A DNA stretch of 64,000 nt from the NCBI GenBank assembly GCA_963663385.2, contig CAXXXD010000004.1, positions 736,001-800,000 on the forward strand. The letters are read 5' to 3'. Under the pieces are notes generated by a model. The model was not told the origin of the DNA. It did no database searches and worked only from the letters and a program-made list of their open reading frames with translations. Shown here one piece after another: positions 46,689 through 57,402 of this stretch; the first letter of the stretch is position 1; the number at the start of each line of letters is the position of its first letter. Position numbers and translations under genes: made by a program. This DNA comes from Oceanispirochaeta sp. GTDB lineage: Bacteria; Spirochaetota; Spirochaetia; DSM-2461.

Positions 46689-49013
46689 TCAGAACAGATC
46701 CAGCTGCCGCCCGTAGAAAATTTCATCAAAATGAAGGCCCATAAAGGGCAGAACAGCCTCTGCCAGGGGGCGCAGCTGCTTTTCGATGTAGTGATCGTAA
46801 TCGGGCTTCTCCTCCCCTAAAGGCAGCGGACGGGGACCTTCTGTTGTCATTATATAACGGATTTCCCGCAGTTTTTTTCTGTCCTCTTCCGGAAGGAGCA
46901 GGGCCGCGCGGACATGAGGCGGGATGTGGGTCGTATACTCCTCCGGAGCTTTGCTGAGCCCCTTTCTGTAAACCAGCTCATCATCCATTTTCCCCTCCTT
47001 CAGATCCTCCACATAGGAACGGATCCAGATAGCGGAATCATCGTTCCGGGAATCTTCGTTCTGAAAGAAATGGCGGAAGAGTTCATACTGAAAATTACGG
47101 GCCAGATCGGTCCAGTCGGAGCGGACATACTCCATCCCTGTAAACTCCAGGGTTTCCAGCCCGCCCCGCATCAGCATCCCCGCATAGCGTTTCCGGGCTC
47201 CTGTCTCTGTTCCTCTTAAAGGCGGAAGAAAGAAATGACTGTAATGTTTTTCGTATTCGATTTCCAGATGGGAGAAAACGCTGGACTCTTTCATGATTTT
47301 CATTTCCATAAAGTGATTCACCCTGTCTGCCAGATGGATGCCGGATTCATCGGGGCTGCGGGTTTCCTCCTCCTTGAAGCAGACGAAAACAGAGTCCGTA
47401 TCCCCGTAAATCACTTCATATCCTTCCTGTCTCAGCCAGTGAACGGTCTCCTTCAGAACCCACTGCCCCGTTTCCGTAATGGCTTTGGGCAGGTCCTGAT
47501 GATAGAAGCGGCATCCTGTTGTTCCCATGGCGCCGTAAAAACTGTTCATCAGGATTTTCACCCCCTGAGCCAGGTGCTTCTTTCCCTCCTCTTTGGCCTG
47601 CTTTCGTATCTCCATCAGTTCCGCCAGAAATTCGGGAAGGATTATTTCCGATCGGGAAAAACTGTGACCCGATGGGGTGGTTATGCTGTTTTCACTTCTC
47701 TTCAGCCTGGCCAGAGGGTCGATATGGAAGGTCCGGATAACAGTCGGATAGAGGCTTTTAAAGTCCAGAACCGCCACATGACTGTAACGGCCGGGATTCC
47801 CCGAAAAAACATAGCCCCCCGGGGCGCTCTCTCCGGGGCTGATATCCGCTGTATCGGGAGCTACCAGACCATGACGGTGAAGCCGGGGAAGGTAAAAATG
47901 GTCGAATGAGGCAATTGTACGGTTTACCTGATCCAGAGGCATCCCGGTTAATTCGCGGCGGGCACAGATAAGGGAGAGAAGCTGGGTCTTATGAAAGATT
48001 CCCGTCACCAGCCGGCAATCCTCCAGATTGTAACGGGCCAGAGCTTCAGGGTCTTCCCGGTAGCGTCTCTCTATCTCCCCGACCTTGTCTCCCTCCTCGG
48101 AGATATCCTTCCCCCTTCCCAGTATTTCCTGTGAGACCGTCTCCAGTTTGAAGTTCTCAAATTTGAAGAAATTCTGTCTCATAGTCTGGGGGCCGTCTAT
48201 AATCTGTCTTCCCCGTGTCTCCGCCGAGTAAAACCCGGCGCGGTTCTCTTTTATCCGCACCGGCTGGTCCTGCCTTCCCAGGTTGAAAGGAATACCGTGG
48301 AAACGGAAACGCTCTTCCAGAAATCTCAGATCGAATCCGATAACATGCCAGCCGATAATCAGGTCGGGGTCCCATTTGCGGATCCAGGCCATAAACGCGG
48401 AAAGGGTCTCTTTTTCTCCGCGGCAGTACTGGTTCTCTCCTTTTCCGCCGCTGTGGTCCGAGTGGATCAGGACTTTGCAGAACTCTTCTACCACTTTGCC
48501 GTACCCTGTGCCATGCATGGCAATCGAGTAGATCTGACCATTCCGGCCGGTTTCTATATCCAGGGAAAGAACACGGAACGCCCCGTCCATCTTCAGGGCC
48601 TTGAGAGACGGGTTGTAATAGACCCGGCCGGAAGGCGTCTCCTTTCCCGGGCCTTCCCACTCAATACCGCTGTTGATAAACCGTTCCATCAGAAAACGTT
48701 CCGCCGGGTAGACATCCGATTCGTAAAGAGTCAGGCCGTTTGTCCGGATTTTATCCCTGGCCTGGTAAAACTGATGCAGACTGTCAAAATAGAGAGCATC
48801 AATGGACTCTCCTGTAAAGGACGCAAGCTTAAGGGGACGGCGGGCCTGAAAATCCACACCTGTCAGTTCCTGTCCGGAAGGTATAAAGAATACTGGCTGG
48901 TTGTCTGTAATTATGATATGGAACGGTCCCTCTTCTCCGCACCCGGAAAGATGAATTTCGTGTCTGCCCCGGTTGTCCAGGCTTTCCCATGTCAGTATGT
49001 ATCCCTGATGCAT
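46689..49013 (-). CDS. polB: DNA polymerase II (family B)
   Basis: SLDIET exonuclease motif, LDFKSLYP, KILMNSFYG, YGDTDS and KRYAG. RBS AGGAG precedes 49013. Confidence 0.95.
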   Translation of the reverse strand: MHQGYILTWESLDNRGRHEIHLSGCGEEGPFHIIITDNQPVFFIPSGQELTGVDFQARRPLKLASFTGESIDALYFDSLHQFYQARDKIRTNGLTLYESDVYPAERFLMERFINSGIEWEGPGKETPSGRVYYNPSLKALKMDGAFRVLSLDIETGRNGQIYSIAMHGTGYGKVVEEFCKVLIHSDHSGGKGENQYCRGEKETLSAFMAWIRKWDPDLIIGWHVIGFDLRFLEERFRFHGIPFNLGRQDQPVRIKENRAGFYSAETRGRQIIDGPQTMRQNFFKFENFKLETVSQEILGRGKDISEEGDKVGEIERRYREDPEALARYNLEDCRLVTGIFHKTQLLSLICARRELTGMPLDQVNRTIASFDHFYLPRLHRHGLVAPDTADISPGESAPGGYVFSGNPGRYSHVAVLDFKSLYPTVIRTFHIDPLARLKRSENSITTPSGHSFSRSEIILPEFLAELMEIRKQAKEEGKKHLAQGVKILMNSFYGAMGTTGCRFYHQDLPKAITETGQWVLKETVHWLRQEGYEVIYGDTDSVFVCFKEEETRSPDESGIHLADRVNHFMEMKIMKESSVFSHLEIEYEKHYSHFFLPPLRGTETGARKRYAGMLMRGGLETLEFTGMEYVRSDWTDLARNFQYELFRHFFQNEDSRNDDSAIWIRSYVEDLKEGKMDDELVYRKGLSKAPEEYTTHIPPHVRAALLLPEEDRKKLREIRYIMTTEGPRPLPLGEEKPDYDHYIEKQLRPLAEAVLPFMGLHFDEIFYGRQLDLF

Positions 49014-49134
49014 CAAACGCTCCTGTAACCCGATTATACAGAATTGCCGCGGATAAAGCAAAAATGGGATAAGGCTATCCCCGCCGGCAAAATTCGAGTA
49101 CAATCTTCTGTCGTATATGAGGAGTTTTTCTTTT

Positions 49135-50727
49135 ATGAAGCAACTATTCACGCGTTATCCCTGGCTGAGCGAAGTTGCCCTTCTGTTATCGGGGGCCCTT
49201 TTATTCGCTTTGGCTTTTCCCAGTTTTGCCTATAGATGGGGATTTGGAATTCTCGGATTTTTCTGTCTGATTCCGGTTTACCTGCTGATCCGGCGGGTAG
49301 GCTATATAAAAAGCGCCGTATACGGACTGCTTTACGGGTATTTCGCTTATACCCTGTTTAATTTCTGGCTGGCGAAATTCAACCCGGTCTCTTTTGTCGT
49401 GGTTCCCATGATCTATGCGGTCTATTTCTTCTTCTGGTTTCCTGTTTTCAAATGGGCCGACAAGGTGTTTCCCCGCTGGGGGTATCTCCTGCAGGTTCTG
49501 TTCTGGCTGGCTTATGAAATATTCCGGGTTCAGGGGTTTCTGGGGTATTCCTACGGGATTCTGGGTTACTCCCTGTTCCGGTGGACTGCTCTTATCGGCG
49601 TGGCTGATCTGACAGGTGTTCTCGGGGTATCCTTTCTCGCTGTTTTCCCCTCTGCCTGGATCGCCCGGTATGTCATCTTCCGCAGGGAGGAAGGAAAGGA
49701 TACTGCTCTTCTCAGGAAAGCCCGTTTTCTTACACTCCCGGCTCTTGTCTATCTGATCCTTCTGGGGAGCAGTTTCGCCTATACGGCTGCGGCCAGAGTT
49801 GATTATTCAAATGTTCCCAAATGGCGGACCTCCCTGATTCAGCATGATATTAATGCCTGGCGGACGGGAATCAAAGTGTACAAGGAAGCCCTGGACAAGC
49901 TGATCGAGGTATCCGATGAAGCTCTGGCAGATACGCCTGATGCGATAATCTGGTCGGAAACCGCTTTTGTTCCAAGTATCAAATGGCACGACCATCACCG
50001 GGAGGAACGGGATAAATTCGAACTGGTGCAGGAACTGAAAGATTTTCTGAAAGACCGGGACACCCCTTTTATTATAGGGAACAATGATACCGTAATGCAT
50101 GCGGGCGAGAGAGAAACCTATAACGCCGTCCTTGTTTTCGAGGGAGAGGAGATTGTCGATACCTATCACAAGATTCACCTGGTCCCCTTTGGAGAGCACT
50201 TCCCCTTTGAAAAGATTTTCCCCCGTTTCTATAAATACATCCTGAACAACGGGGCAACCTTCTATATTCATGGAACGGATTTCACCGTTTTTGATATGGG
50301 GAAAGCCATGGCTTCTCCCCTTGTCTGTTTTGAGGATACCTTCGGCTATCTTTCCCGGGATTTTGTCCGGGAAGGGGCGCAGGTGCTGGTAAATGTTACA
50401 AACGACTCCTGGTCTCCCGCCCAGGCCTGTTCCATTCAGCATGCGGGTATGGCTGTATTCCGGAGTGTCGAAAACCGCCGCTCCATGGTTCGGTCCACCA
50501 ACGGCGGATTTACCTGCCTGATTGATCCCAACGGGAAGATTACGGAATGGCTGGAGCCTTTTACAGCGGATCATCTGACAGTGGATGTTCCGGTTTATGA
50601 TGAAAAACAGACCCTGTATACCCGAACGGGATTCCTGTTTGACCGCTTTGTCATGATGGTCTCTGTCCTGGGCGGTCTGGTGCTGACAGTTTTAACAATA
50701 AGAAAAAGAGGTGGTAATAATGAGTAG
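49135..50727 (+). CDS. lnt: Apolipoprotein N-acyltransferase
   Basis: TM N-terminus and catalytic E-K-C motifs WSETA, KIHLVPFGE, VCFED, plus TNDSW. Confidence 0.95.
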   Translation: MKQLFTRYPWLSEVALLLSGALLFALAFPSFAYRWGFGILGFFCLIPVYLLIRRVGYIKSAVYGLLYGYFAYTLFNFWLAKFNPVSFVVVPMIYAVYFFFWFPVFKWADKVFPRWGYLLQVLFWLAYEIFRVQGFLGYSYGILGYSLFRWTALIGVADLTGVLGVSFLAVFPSAWIARYVIFRREEGKDTALLRKARFLTLPALVYLILLGSSFAYTAAARVDYSNVPKWRTSLIQHDINAWRTGIKVYKEALDKLIEVSDEALADTPDAIIWSETAFVPSIKWHDHHREERDKFELVQELKDFLKDRDTPFIIGNNDTVMHAGERETYNAVLVFEGEEIVDTYHKIHLVPFGEHFPFEKIFPRFYKYILNNGATFYIHGTDFTVFDMGKAMASPLVCFEDTFGYLSRDFVREGAQVLVNVTNDSWSPAQACSIQHAGMAVFRSVENRRSMVRSTNGGFTCLIDPNGKITEWLEPFTADHLTVDVPVYDEKQTLYTRTGFLFDRFVMMVSVLGGLVLTVLTIRKRGGNNE

Positions 50728-52165
50728 AACAGATAGAATCCTGAATTTTTTTGAAGGGATCAACCGTGTCCCCCGCAAATCGGGAAACAGGGGGCCTATC
50801 ACACAGTATCTGACAGACTGGGCCCACAGCAGAAAATTTACTGTAAAGAGGGACGGGACGGATAATCTGGTTATCTCCGTTCCTGCCACACCGGGTTTTG
50901 AAAATGCTCCCATTGTTGTTCTTCAGGGGCACTCGGATATGGTTTGTGAAAAAACTCCCGAATCGGATCATGATTTTACAAAGGATGCTGTAAAATGCCT
51001 GGTTGAGGGAGACTGGATGCGGGGAGATAACACCTCTCTTGGGGCCGATAACGGTATTGCTCTGGCTCTCGCCATGGACTTGGCTACTTCTGGTGATGTG
51101 GAACATCCTCCCCTGGAAATTCTGATTACCTCGGATGAAGAGATCGGACTGATTGGAGCGAATAATCTGGAGGAAGGATTCCTGGAAGGGCGTATCCTTC
51201 TTAATATGGATTCGGAAGATGAGGGTATTTTCACGATAGGTTGTGCCGGCGGAGCAGACAGCCGTTTTTCCATTCCTCTGGAGATGGAGGATGTTCCGGC
51301 AGATTCCCTCTCATATAAACTGACCATAGGCGGTCTGTTCGGGGGACATTCTGGAATGGATATCAACCTGAACCGGGGAAATGCCCTTAAAATGGCAGAC
51401 CGGATTCTGCTGGATCTCTATGAAAAAGAGGGGGTTAAGCTTGTTTCCCTGGTTGGCGGAAGCGGAGCATCCAATGCCATCTGCCGGGATGCGGAAGCGG
51501 TATTTTCCATCTCCGCCTCCCGGGCGGAACAGGGCAGGGCTCTTGTAAGTGAATGGCGGGAGACCCTTCGGAATGAGAATAAAACCGGTGAACCCGGACT
51601 GACCGTCTCCCTTGAAGAAACAGAGCGCTCTGAAAAGGGCCTGAGCGGTGCATCCTGCCGCAAACTTCTGCAGGTGGTCCGGCTGATCCCCCATGGAGTG
51701 GAGAAAGTGTCCTCCGATATAGAAGACCTGGTGGAAACCTCAAGCAATCTGGCCTGGATGGAGATAAGGGAAGACCGGGCGTATTTTCTTACCAGCCAGC
51801 GCAGTTCCGTAATGTCCGAACTGAGGGATATGAACCAGAGGATGATTGATGTGGCTGAGATAGCCGGGGGAATATGTGAAACCGTGAACAAGTATCCCGC
51901 CTGGCAGCCGAATATGGATTCCGCTCTGTTGCAGCGCTGTACGGATATCTATAAAAAATTGATGAAGAAGGATCCTGCTATAGAAGCGATTCATGCCGGA
52001 CTGGAATGCGGTCTGATAGGGGACATGTATCCCGGAATGGATATGATCTCCATCGGGCCGACCATTAAACACCCCCATACGCCGGAAGAAAGACTGTATC
52101 TTCCCTCTCTGGAGCCCTTCCGGGATTTTATGGTGGAGCTTCTGAAGTCATTTAAAGAGGGATGA
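50720..52165 (+). CDS. pepD: Aminoacyl-histidine dipeptidase (M20C)
   Basis: LQGHSDMVCEK, LGADNGI, DEEIG, GGHSG, IHAGLECG and HTPEE. Confidence 0.95.
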   Translation: MSRTDRILNFFEGINRVPRKSGNRGPITQYLTDWAHSRKFTVKRDGTDNLVISVPATPGFENAPIVVLQGHSDMVCEKTPESDHDFTKDAVKCLVEGDWMRGDNTSLGADNGIALALAMDLATSGDVEHPPLEILITSDEEIGLIGANNLEEGFLEGRILLNMDSEDEGIFTIGCAGGADSRFSIPLEMEDVPADSLSYKLTIGGLFGGHSGMDINLNRGNALKMADRILLDLYEKEGVKLVSLVGGSGASNAICRDAEAVFSISASRAEQGRALVSEWRETLRNENKTGEPGLTVSLEETERSEKGLSGASCRKLLQVVRLIPHGVEKVSSDIEDLVETSSNLAWMEIREDRAYFLTSQRSSVMSELRDMNQRMIDVAEIAGGICETVNKYPAWQPNMDSALLQRCTDIYKKLMKKDPAIEAIHAGLECGLIGDMYPGMDMISIGPTIKHPHTPEERLYLPSLEPFRDFMVELLKSFKEG

Positions 52166-53076
52166 TGGAAATTGATGTTGCCGTTCTGGATGTGGAGACA
52201 ACCGGCTTTTCCCGGTTCGACAGGATTGTTGAAATCGCCATACTCCGCATCGACCGGCAGTGCAGGATAACCCGTGAGTATCAGACCCTGATTAATCCCC
52301 TGCAGGATGTGGGGCCGACTCACGTACACAATGTAACGGCTACCATGGTCAGGGATGCACCGGCCTTCAAGGATGCAGCACGGGACATTCTTGCCTTTCT
52401 TCCTGAAAAGACTCTGGTGGTGGGGCACAATGTCAGTTTTGATCTGAAGTTTATTGAAAGGGAGCTGAGCGCAGAACTGGGGCGGCCTGTCAGGTACAAC
52501 TCTTTCTGCACTCTGAAGCAGTCCCGGAAATACCTGACATCGCCCTCCTACAAGCTGGGGGAAATCTGCCGTCGTTACGGTATTTCCAATGATGAAGCCC
52601 ATGCCGCCATGGGTGATACAAAAGCCACGCTCAAGCTCTTTGAAATCCTTCTGGTAGAGATCGAAAAAAAGAGCCGGGTGAATCTGCTGTCCAATTACAG
52701 GGAATATCCGGTTCCCCGTGAAGAGGTCCGTTTCGTCAAGAAGAGGTCTGCCTGTTCAGAGCGGTCTTCCCGGAGCTTTACTCTGAAAGATCAAAAGGTC
52801 GCATTTGCTTCGCCTCTGGCAGGGAAGTCTGTCTGTTTTACAGGGTCTTCCAGAGCTATTGACTGCGATGGAAAGAGTCTGAAACGGGGCGATCTGGAAG
52901 CTCGTGTCCGCCGGGCCGGGCTTTCTGTGCAGTCCTATGTCAGTCGAAGCCTGGACATCCTGGTGGCTGCGGATAAAAACTCCCTGTCCGGAAAGGCCAG
53001 AAAGGCCCGCCAGTACGGCATCCTCATAATGGATGAAACCCGTTTCTGGCAGGAAGCCGGGTTTTTGTCTGAGTAA
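52162..53076 (+). CDS. DEDDh 3'-5' exonuclease (DnaQ-like) with C-terminal BRCT domain
   Basis: LDVETTG, HNVSFD and AHAAMGD, then VCFTG...SGKARKA..YGI.I..E..F. Confidence 0.88.
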   Translation: MMEIDVAVLDVETTGFSRFDRIVEIAILRIDRQCRITREYQTLINPLQDVGPTHVHNVTATMVRDAPAFKDAARDILAFLPEKTLVVGHNVSFDLKFIERELSAELGRPVRYNSFCTLKQSRKYLTSPSYKLGEICRRYGISNDEAHAAMGDTKATLKLFEILLVEIEKKSRVNLLSNYREYPVPREEVRFVKKRSACSERSSRSFTLKDQKVAFASPLAGKSVCFTGSSRAIDCDGKSLKRGDLEARVRRAGLSVQSYVSRSLDILVAADKNSLSGKARKARQYGILIMDETRFWQEAGFLSE

Positions 53077-53182
53077 CTGCACAGGGGATTGATCGATCAG
53101 GGGTGTTGAACGTTTGTGCAAATATTAAGTTGAACTTAGGATTTACACAAAATGTAAAGGCTTGGAATACTCTCTCCGTCGC

Positions 53183-54160
53183 TCATTCTCCCGGTTCAAC
53201 CAATCTGGGTTTGTGTGTAAGAGCCACTGAATCGGTCTCCTGCCGGATCAGTTTCAGCAGAGCATCCGCCGCATCGCGGTATATTCCGGAGATTCCGATT
53301 TCCACGGTGGCCGGTTTCTCTTCCAGAACCTGAAGCTCCGTACTGTTGTCGTAGCCGATGAGGGGGTAGAGCTCCTGAATGGCGAGTTTTCTCCTGTACA
53401 TGCCGGTTACGGTTTTAACCATCATCATATCATTGACAAAGGCGATACCGTCGATCTCCTTTTTTTCGATAGACTCCTGCAGTCTGCTGTGAGTTTCATC
53501 CGGTTTGTCCGAGTTTATGATCAGGCAGTCCGGGAAGATTCTGGAAAATCCCTCCAGCCTCAGCTTGTGGGAAAAGGGGTCCTCTTCATCCAGGATGTAG
53601 AGGGGGCGGGTACAGCCCCGGCTTTTCAGATATTCCCCCTGGAGCTCTCCTCCGCTTCTGTTATCGGTGGCGCTGAAATTGACACCGCTCAGGTGGTGGG
53701 CCCTGTGGCAGATCACATAGGGAAGGGACCACCCGGCAATATAACGGGATTCCTCGGCGCTTACGAAATCAAAGACAAGAACGCCGTCACAGTGCTCCCG
53801 GATCTCCGCTTCCTTTATACTGAAAACCGACTTTACCTGTTTGACCTCAAAGATATAGGGCTGGGTTTCAAAATACCTCGTCAGCGCCAGGACCGCTTCC
53901 GAAAAGATCCAGAAATTCCTCTTAACATTGGTCCAGTAATGACCGTCGTCCCTTTTTATATAGAGCAGGAGGATCGTATTGGTCCCCTTCCGGCGGAGGG
54001 CGCTGGCATTCTTGTCCAGTTTGTAGCCCAGAGACTCTGCGGTTTCCATTATTTTCCGCCGGGTTTTTTCCGAAACCTTATCCGGCCGGGAGAAAGCCCG
54101 TGAAACTGTTGCCTGGGAGACTCCCACTATTTTGGCAATAACATAGCTGTCAACTTTCAT
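53183..54160 (-). CDS. LacI family regulator (start 54160 or 54181)
   Basis: IAKIVGVSQATVSRAF HTH and IGYDN. Confidence 0.9.
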   Translation of the reverse strand: MKVDSYVIAKIVGVSQATVSRAFSRPDKVSEKTRRKIMETAESLGYKLDKNASALRRKGTNTILLLYIKRDDGHYWTNVKRNFWIFSEAVLALTRYFETQPYIFEVKQVKSVFSIKEAEIREHCDGVLVFDFVSAEESRYIAGWSLPYVICHRAHHLSGVNFSATDNRSGGELQGEYLKSRGCTRPLYILDEEDPFSHKLRLEGFSRIFPDCLIINSDKPDETHSRLQESIEKKEIDGIAFVNDMMMVKTVTGMYRRKLAIQELYPLIGYDNSTELQVLEEKPATVEIGISGIYRDAADALLKLIRQETDSVALTHKPRLVEPGE

Positions 54161-54176
54161 TGAATCCTTCTGATTA

Positions 54177-54300
54177 TACATTCGTATGCAGTTAAATGAA
54201 TTATATTGATATTTTATATCATATTATTATTGATAAAGCAAATAAAAGAGAATAATGTTGACAAATGGGTTGTTTTGGGAATAAAATGTATTCGAATGCA
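54177..54300. promoter_or_regulatory. Divergent promoter region with two LacI-type operators
   Basis: TACATTCGTATGCA at 54177-90 and TGTATTCGAATGCA at 54287-300. TTGACA (54258-63), 18 bp spacer, TAAAAT. Confidence 0.7.
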
Positions 54301-54320
54301 TAACAAATAAGGAGTCTATT

Positions 54321-55592
54321 ATGAAAAAGATGACAGTACTGATTCTACTGTGTCTGCTGGCATTTCCCGTCTTCGCATCCGGTTCTCAGGAAGAATCTTC
54401 CGATGGGCCTGTAACACTGAAATTCGCCAGCTGGAGCGTCCGGGAGGACCGCTTCAAAGAATATTTTGCCGATCTGAAAGCGGATTTTGAAGCTGCCAAT
54501 CCCGGTATTTCCATAGAGTTTAACGGTTATCCCTATGGGGAGCTGAAGAAGCAGGTTCTGATTATGGCCAATGCAGGCGAAGCACCCGATCTGATTCAGA
54601 GTGAGAGAGGCTGGTACGCCAGTTTTGTCAACGGAGGGTATGTGGCCGAACTGGACAGTCTCCTGGGTCCCGAATATATAAGTGAAATCTATCCTGCTAT
54701 CGCCGGAGATATGAAGGTTGACGGAAAACTGTACGGTGTTCCCTGGATCGCCAGCCCCTTTGTCATGTTCTATAACAAGGCTCTCTTTGAACAGGCCGGG
54801 CTGAATCCCGCGGAAGCTCCTGCTTCCTATGAAGAAGCTCTGGCATATTCCGCCAGGCTCTCCTCTCTGAAAGATGCTGACGGCAATGCTGTTTACGGTC
54901 TGGGACAGAGTACCGCCTCCGTTCCTGTCAGCGGAAGCGCAGTGTTGAGTATGTTTTTCAGTTACGGCGGCGGAATCCTGGACAATTCAGGTAAACCCAA
55001 TGCTGTTAATGCCGGAAACAAAGCTGCTCTGGAAGCCTTGAAGGCCATGCATGAAAATAACTGCAACCCGGAAGGGGCAAAACTGAAAGATCTGAGAAAC
55101 CTCTTTGCCATCGGCCGTCTGGGTATGTATTTTGATACACTCTGGGGAATCGGGGGCGCCTATGCCATCAATCCCGATATTGCCCCCAGTGTCGGTGTGA
55201 CCACACCTCTCAGCGGAAACAATGCTCCTGCCGGATCAACCCTGGAAGCCCATATGCTGCTGGTAAGCGAAGACTCGGCCAACAAGGAAGCGGCTGTTAA
55301 ATTTATCAAGTTCGCCACAAGCCCCGAACAGATGGCAAAGTATGTGGACATAGCTCCTTTCCTCTTTCCCAAATGGGATCAGGTGGATGCCAATCCTTCC
55401 TACAGCTCCAACCCGGGCATAGCTCCTGTACTGGACTATCCCGAAACCATTCACTCCATTCCCAAACATCCTGAAATGGAGAATGTCTTCCTTGCCCTGA
55501 CTACAGCAGCCCAGTCTGTAACCGTAGGCGGTATGTCCAGTGATGAAGCCCTTGCCAATCTGGACAAAGAGCTTAAGACGCTTCTAAAATAA
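54321..55592 (+). CDS. Sugar ABC transporter substrate-binding protein
   Basis: Signal ending FASGSQE, GEAPDL, DGKLYGVP and YNKALFEQAGL. Confidence 0.92.
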   Translation: MKKMTVLILLCLLAFPVFASGSQEESSDGPVTLKFASWSVREDRFKEYFADLKADFEAANPGISIEFNGYPYGELKKQVLIMANAGEAPDLIQSERGWYASFVNGGYVAELDSLLGPEYISEIYPAIAGDMKVDGKLYGVPWIASPFVMFYNKALFEQAGLNPAEAPASYEEALAYSARLSSLKDADGNAVYGLGQSTASVPVSGSAVLSMFFSYGGGILDNSGKPNAVNAGNKAALEALKAMHENNCNPEGAKLKDLRNLFAIGRLGMYFDTLWGIGGAYAINPDIAPSVGVTTPLSGNNAPAGSTLEAHMLLVSEDSANKEAAVKFIKFATSPEQMAKYVDIAPFLFPKWDQVDANPSYSSNPGIAPVLDYPETIHSIPKHPEMENVFLALTTAAQSVTVGGMSSDEALANLDKELKTLLK

Positions 55593-55598
55593 TGTCTG

Positions 55599-55634
55599 AT
55601 GGGGAGTTGCGAAGAGGACTTTGCAATTCCCTAT
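55599..55634 (+). other. Intercistronic stem-loop after the binding-protein gene
   Basis: GGGGAGTTGCGAAG-AGGA-CTTTGCAATTCCCT. Confidence 0.65.
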
Positions 55635-55664
55635 TCATATACCGATTCAAAAAGAGATAGAAAT

Positions 55665-56555
55665 ATGACACTCAAAAGTAAAACCGGTGACAAGGTGTTC
55701 GGGACACTGCTGCTCCTGCCTTCGATCCTGATAGTGGGGGGATTTATCTTTCTGCCTGTGGTCCAGTCTGTTTTTTACAGTTTTTTCAACTATAAGCTGA
55801 CCCGGAAAAAGATGCCCCTTGTATGGAATAACTTTGATAACTACAGGAGTCTGTGGGAGAGCGGAAAGCTGCAGAACGCCTTTGCTATAACTTTTAACTT
55901 CATGTTTATCGTTGTTCTGGCAGCCTTTGTGCTGGGACTGATAATGGCGCTTTTTATGAACCGCGGAAAATCGGGAGAAAGAACTACCCGCAGTCTGGCT
56001 CTGCTCCCCTGGGGAACGCCTACGGTAATAGTCGCCCTGCTCTGGTCCTGGATGTTTCAGGGCGAGTACGGGGTTGTGAACTTTATCCTGCTGAAGCTTC
56101 ACCTTATAGCCGAGCCTATCAGCTACCTGGCCAATCCTCAAACCGCGCTGGGAGCTGTTGCGGTTGCGGCTACCTGGCGTCAGCTCCCCTTTATGTTTAT
56201 TATGCTGCTGGCGGGACTGCAGGGAATCCCTACGGAGATGTACGAAGCCGCCCATATAGACGGCGCTTCAAAAGCCCAGTCCTTCTGGCATATTACCCTT
56301 CCTTTTTTAAGGAATGTTATTCGCTCCAGTATCCTGGTAACCATTATAACCAACTTCAAACAGTTCCCTCTGTTCTGGACCATGACCGGGGGCGGCCCGA
56401 TGGACAGTACCGAAACCCTTGCCATCCTTACTTACAAGAACGCTTTTGTGAATTTGAATTTCGGCGTAGGGGCCGCTGTCGCAGCCGCCTGGATGGCTGT
56501 CCTGATTGTTTTTTCTCTTCTGTATAACAGAATTTTCAAGGAGGCGGAGTACTGA
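55665..56555 (+). CDS. Sugar ABC transporter permease
   Basis: LAGLQGIP.EMYEAAHIDGA and MTGGGP. Confidence 0.93.
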   Translation: MTLKSKTGDKVFGTLLLLPSILIVGGFIFLPVVQSVFYSFFNYKLTRKKMPLVWNNFDNYRSLWESGKLQNAFAITFNFMFIVVLAAFVLGLIMALFMNRGKSGERTTRSLALLPWGTPTVIVALLWSWMFQGEYGVVNFILLKLHLIAEPISYLANPQTALGAVAVAATWRQLPFMFIMLLAGLQGIPTEMYEAAHIDGASKAQSFWHITLPFLRNVIRSSILVTIITNFKQFPLFWTMTGGGPMDSTETLAILTYKNAFVNLNFGVGAAVAAAWMAVLIVFSLLYNRIFKEAEY

Positions 56556-56556
56556 T

Positions 56557-57393
56557 ATGAATATGAAATTCAAACCTTCATCCGTAATTTCCGTACTGGT
56601 CATTACCCTTTTGGGGCTTTTTCTTCTCTTTCCTCTCTACTGGATTCTGGTTACTTCCTTTAAGAACAACCTGGATATATATAAATTCCCGCCCCGGTTT
56701 ATCCCCGTGAATTTCACCCTGGATAACTATCTGGAGATATTCAGGGACAATTCGGTGGGCCTTTATCTGTGGAACAACCTTCTTGTTTCCATCGGGACAA
56801 CGCTTCTGACCCTTGCGGCGGCCTCTCTTGCCGGATACTCCCTGTCCCGTTATCCCACGCCCTTTGGCAATTTTGTCAAAACCTCACTGCTTTCCACGCA
56901 GATGTTCCCTATTGTGGGGCTTATCCTGGCACTTTACGTCATTTTCCGGAATATGAGCCTGATCAATACCCGGTTCAGCCTGGTACTGTCTCTTTCCGCT
57001 GTAACCATTCCCTTTTGTGCCATCCTTATCAAGGGATTCTTCGATGATCTCCCCCGTTCCCTGGAGGAAGCTGCCCGGATTGACGGCTGTTCCAGATTCA
57101 GAACATTTCTGTCCATTATCATGCCTCTGGCAAAACCGGGGCTTCTGGCTATCGGTCTTTTTACCTTTATGCAGGCATGGGATGACTTTCTGTTCGCCAT
57201 TACTTTTATTCTGAAAGATTCGAAAAGAACTCTTTCTGCAGGGATCGCCATGAAATTTCTGGGGGAAGTTTCCTATGACTGGGGAATGGTTACGACTGTT
57301 TCCGTTGCGGGCGTTCTACCCATGTTTATCCTTATTTTTCTTTTTCAGCAGTATATGGTTGCCGGTCTGACAGCCGGTGCGGTGAAAGGATAG
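56557..57393 (+). CDS. Sugar ABC transporter permease
   Basis: LEEAARIDG and GLTAGAVKG. Confidence 0.93.
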   Translation: MNMKFKPSSVISVLVITLLGLFLLFPLYWILVTSFKNNLDIYKFPPRFIPVNFTLDNYLEIFRDNSVGLYLWNNLLVSIGTTLLTLAAASLAGYSLSRYPTPFGNFVKTSLLSTQMFPIVGLILALYVIFRNMSLINTRFSLVLSLSAVTIPFCAILIKGFFDDLPRSLEEAARIDGCSRFRTFLSIIMPLAKPGLLAIGLFTFMQAWDDFLFAITFILKDSKRTLSAGIAMKFLGEVSYDWGMVTTVSVAGVLPMFILIFLFQQYMVAGLTAGAVKG

Positions 57394-57402
57394 GTAGCTT
57401 GA

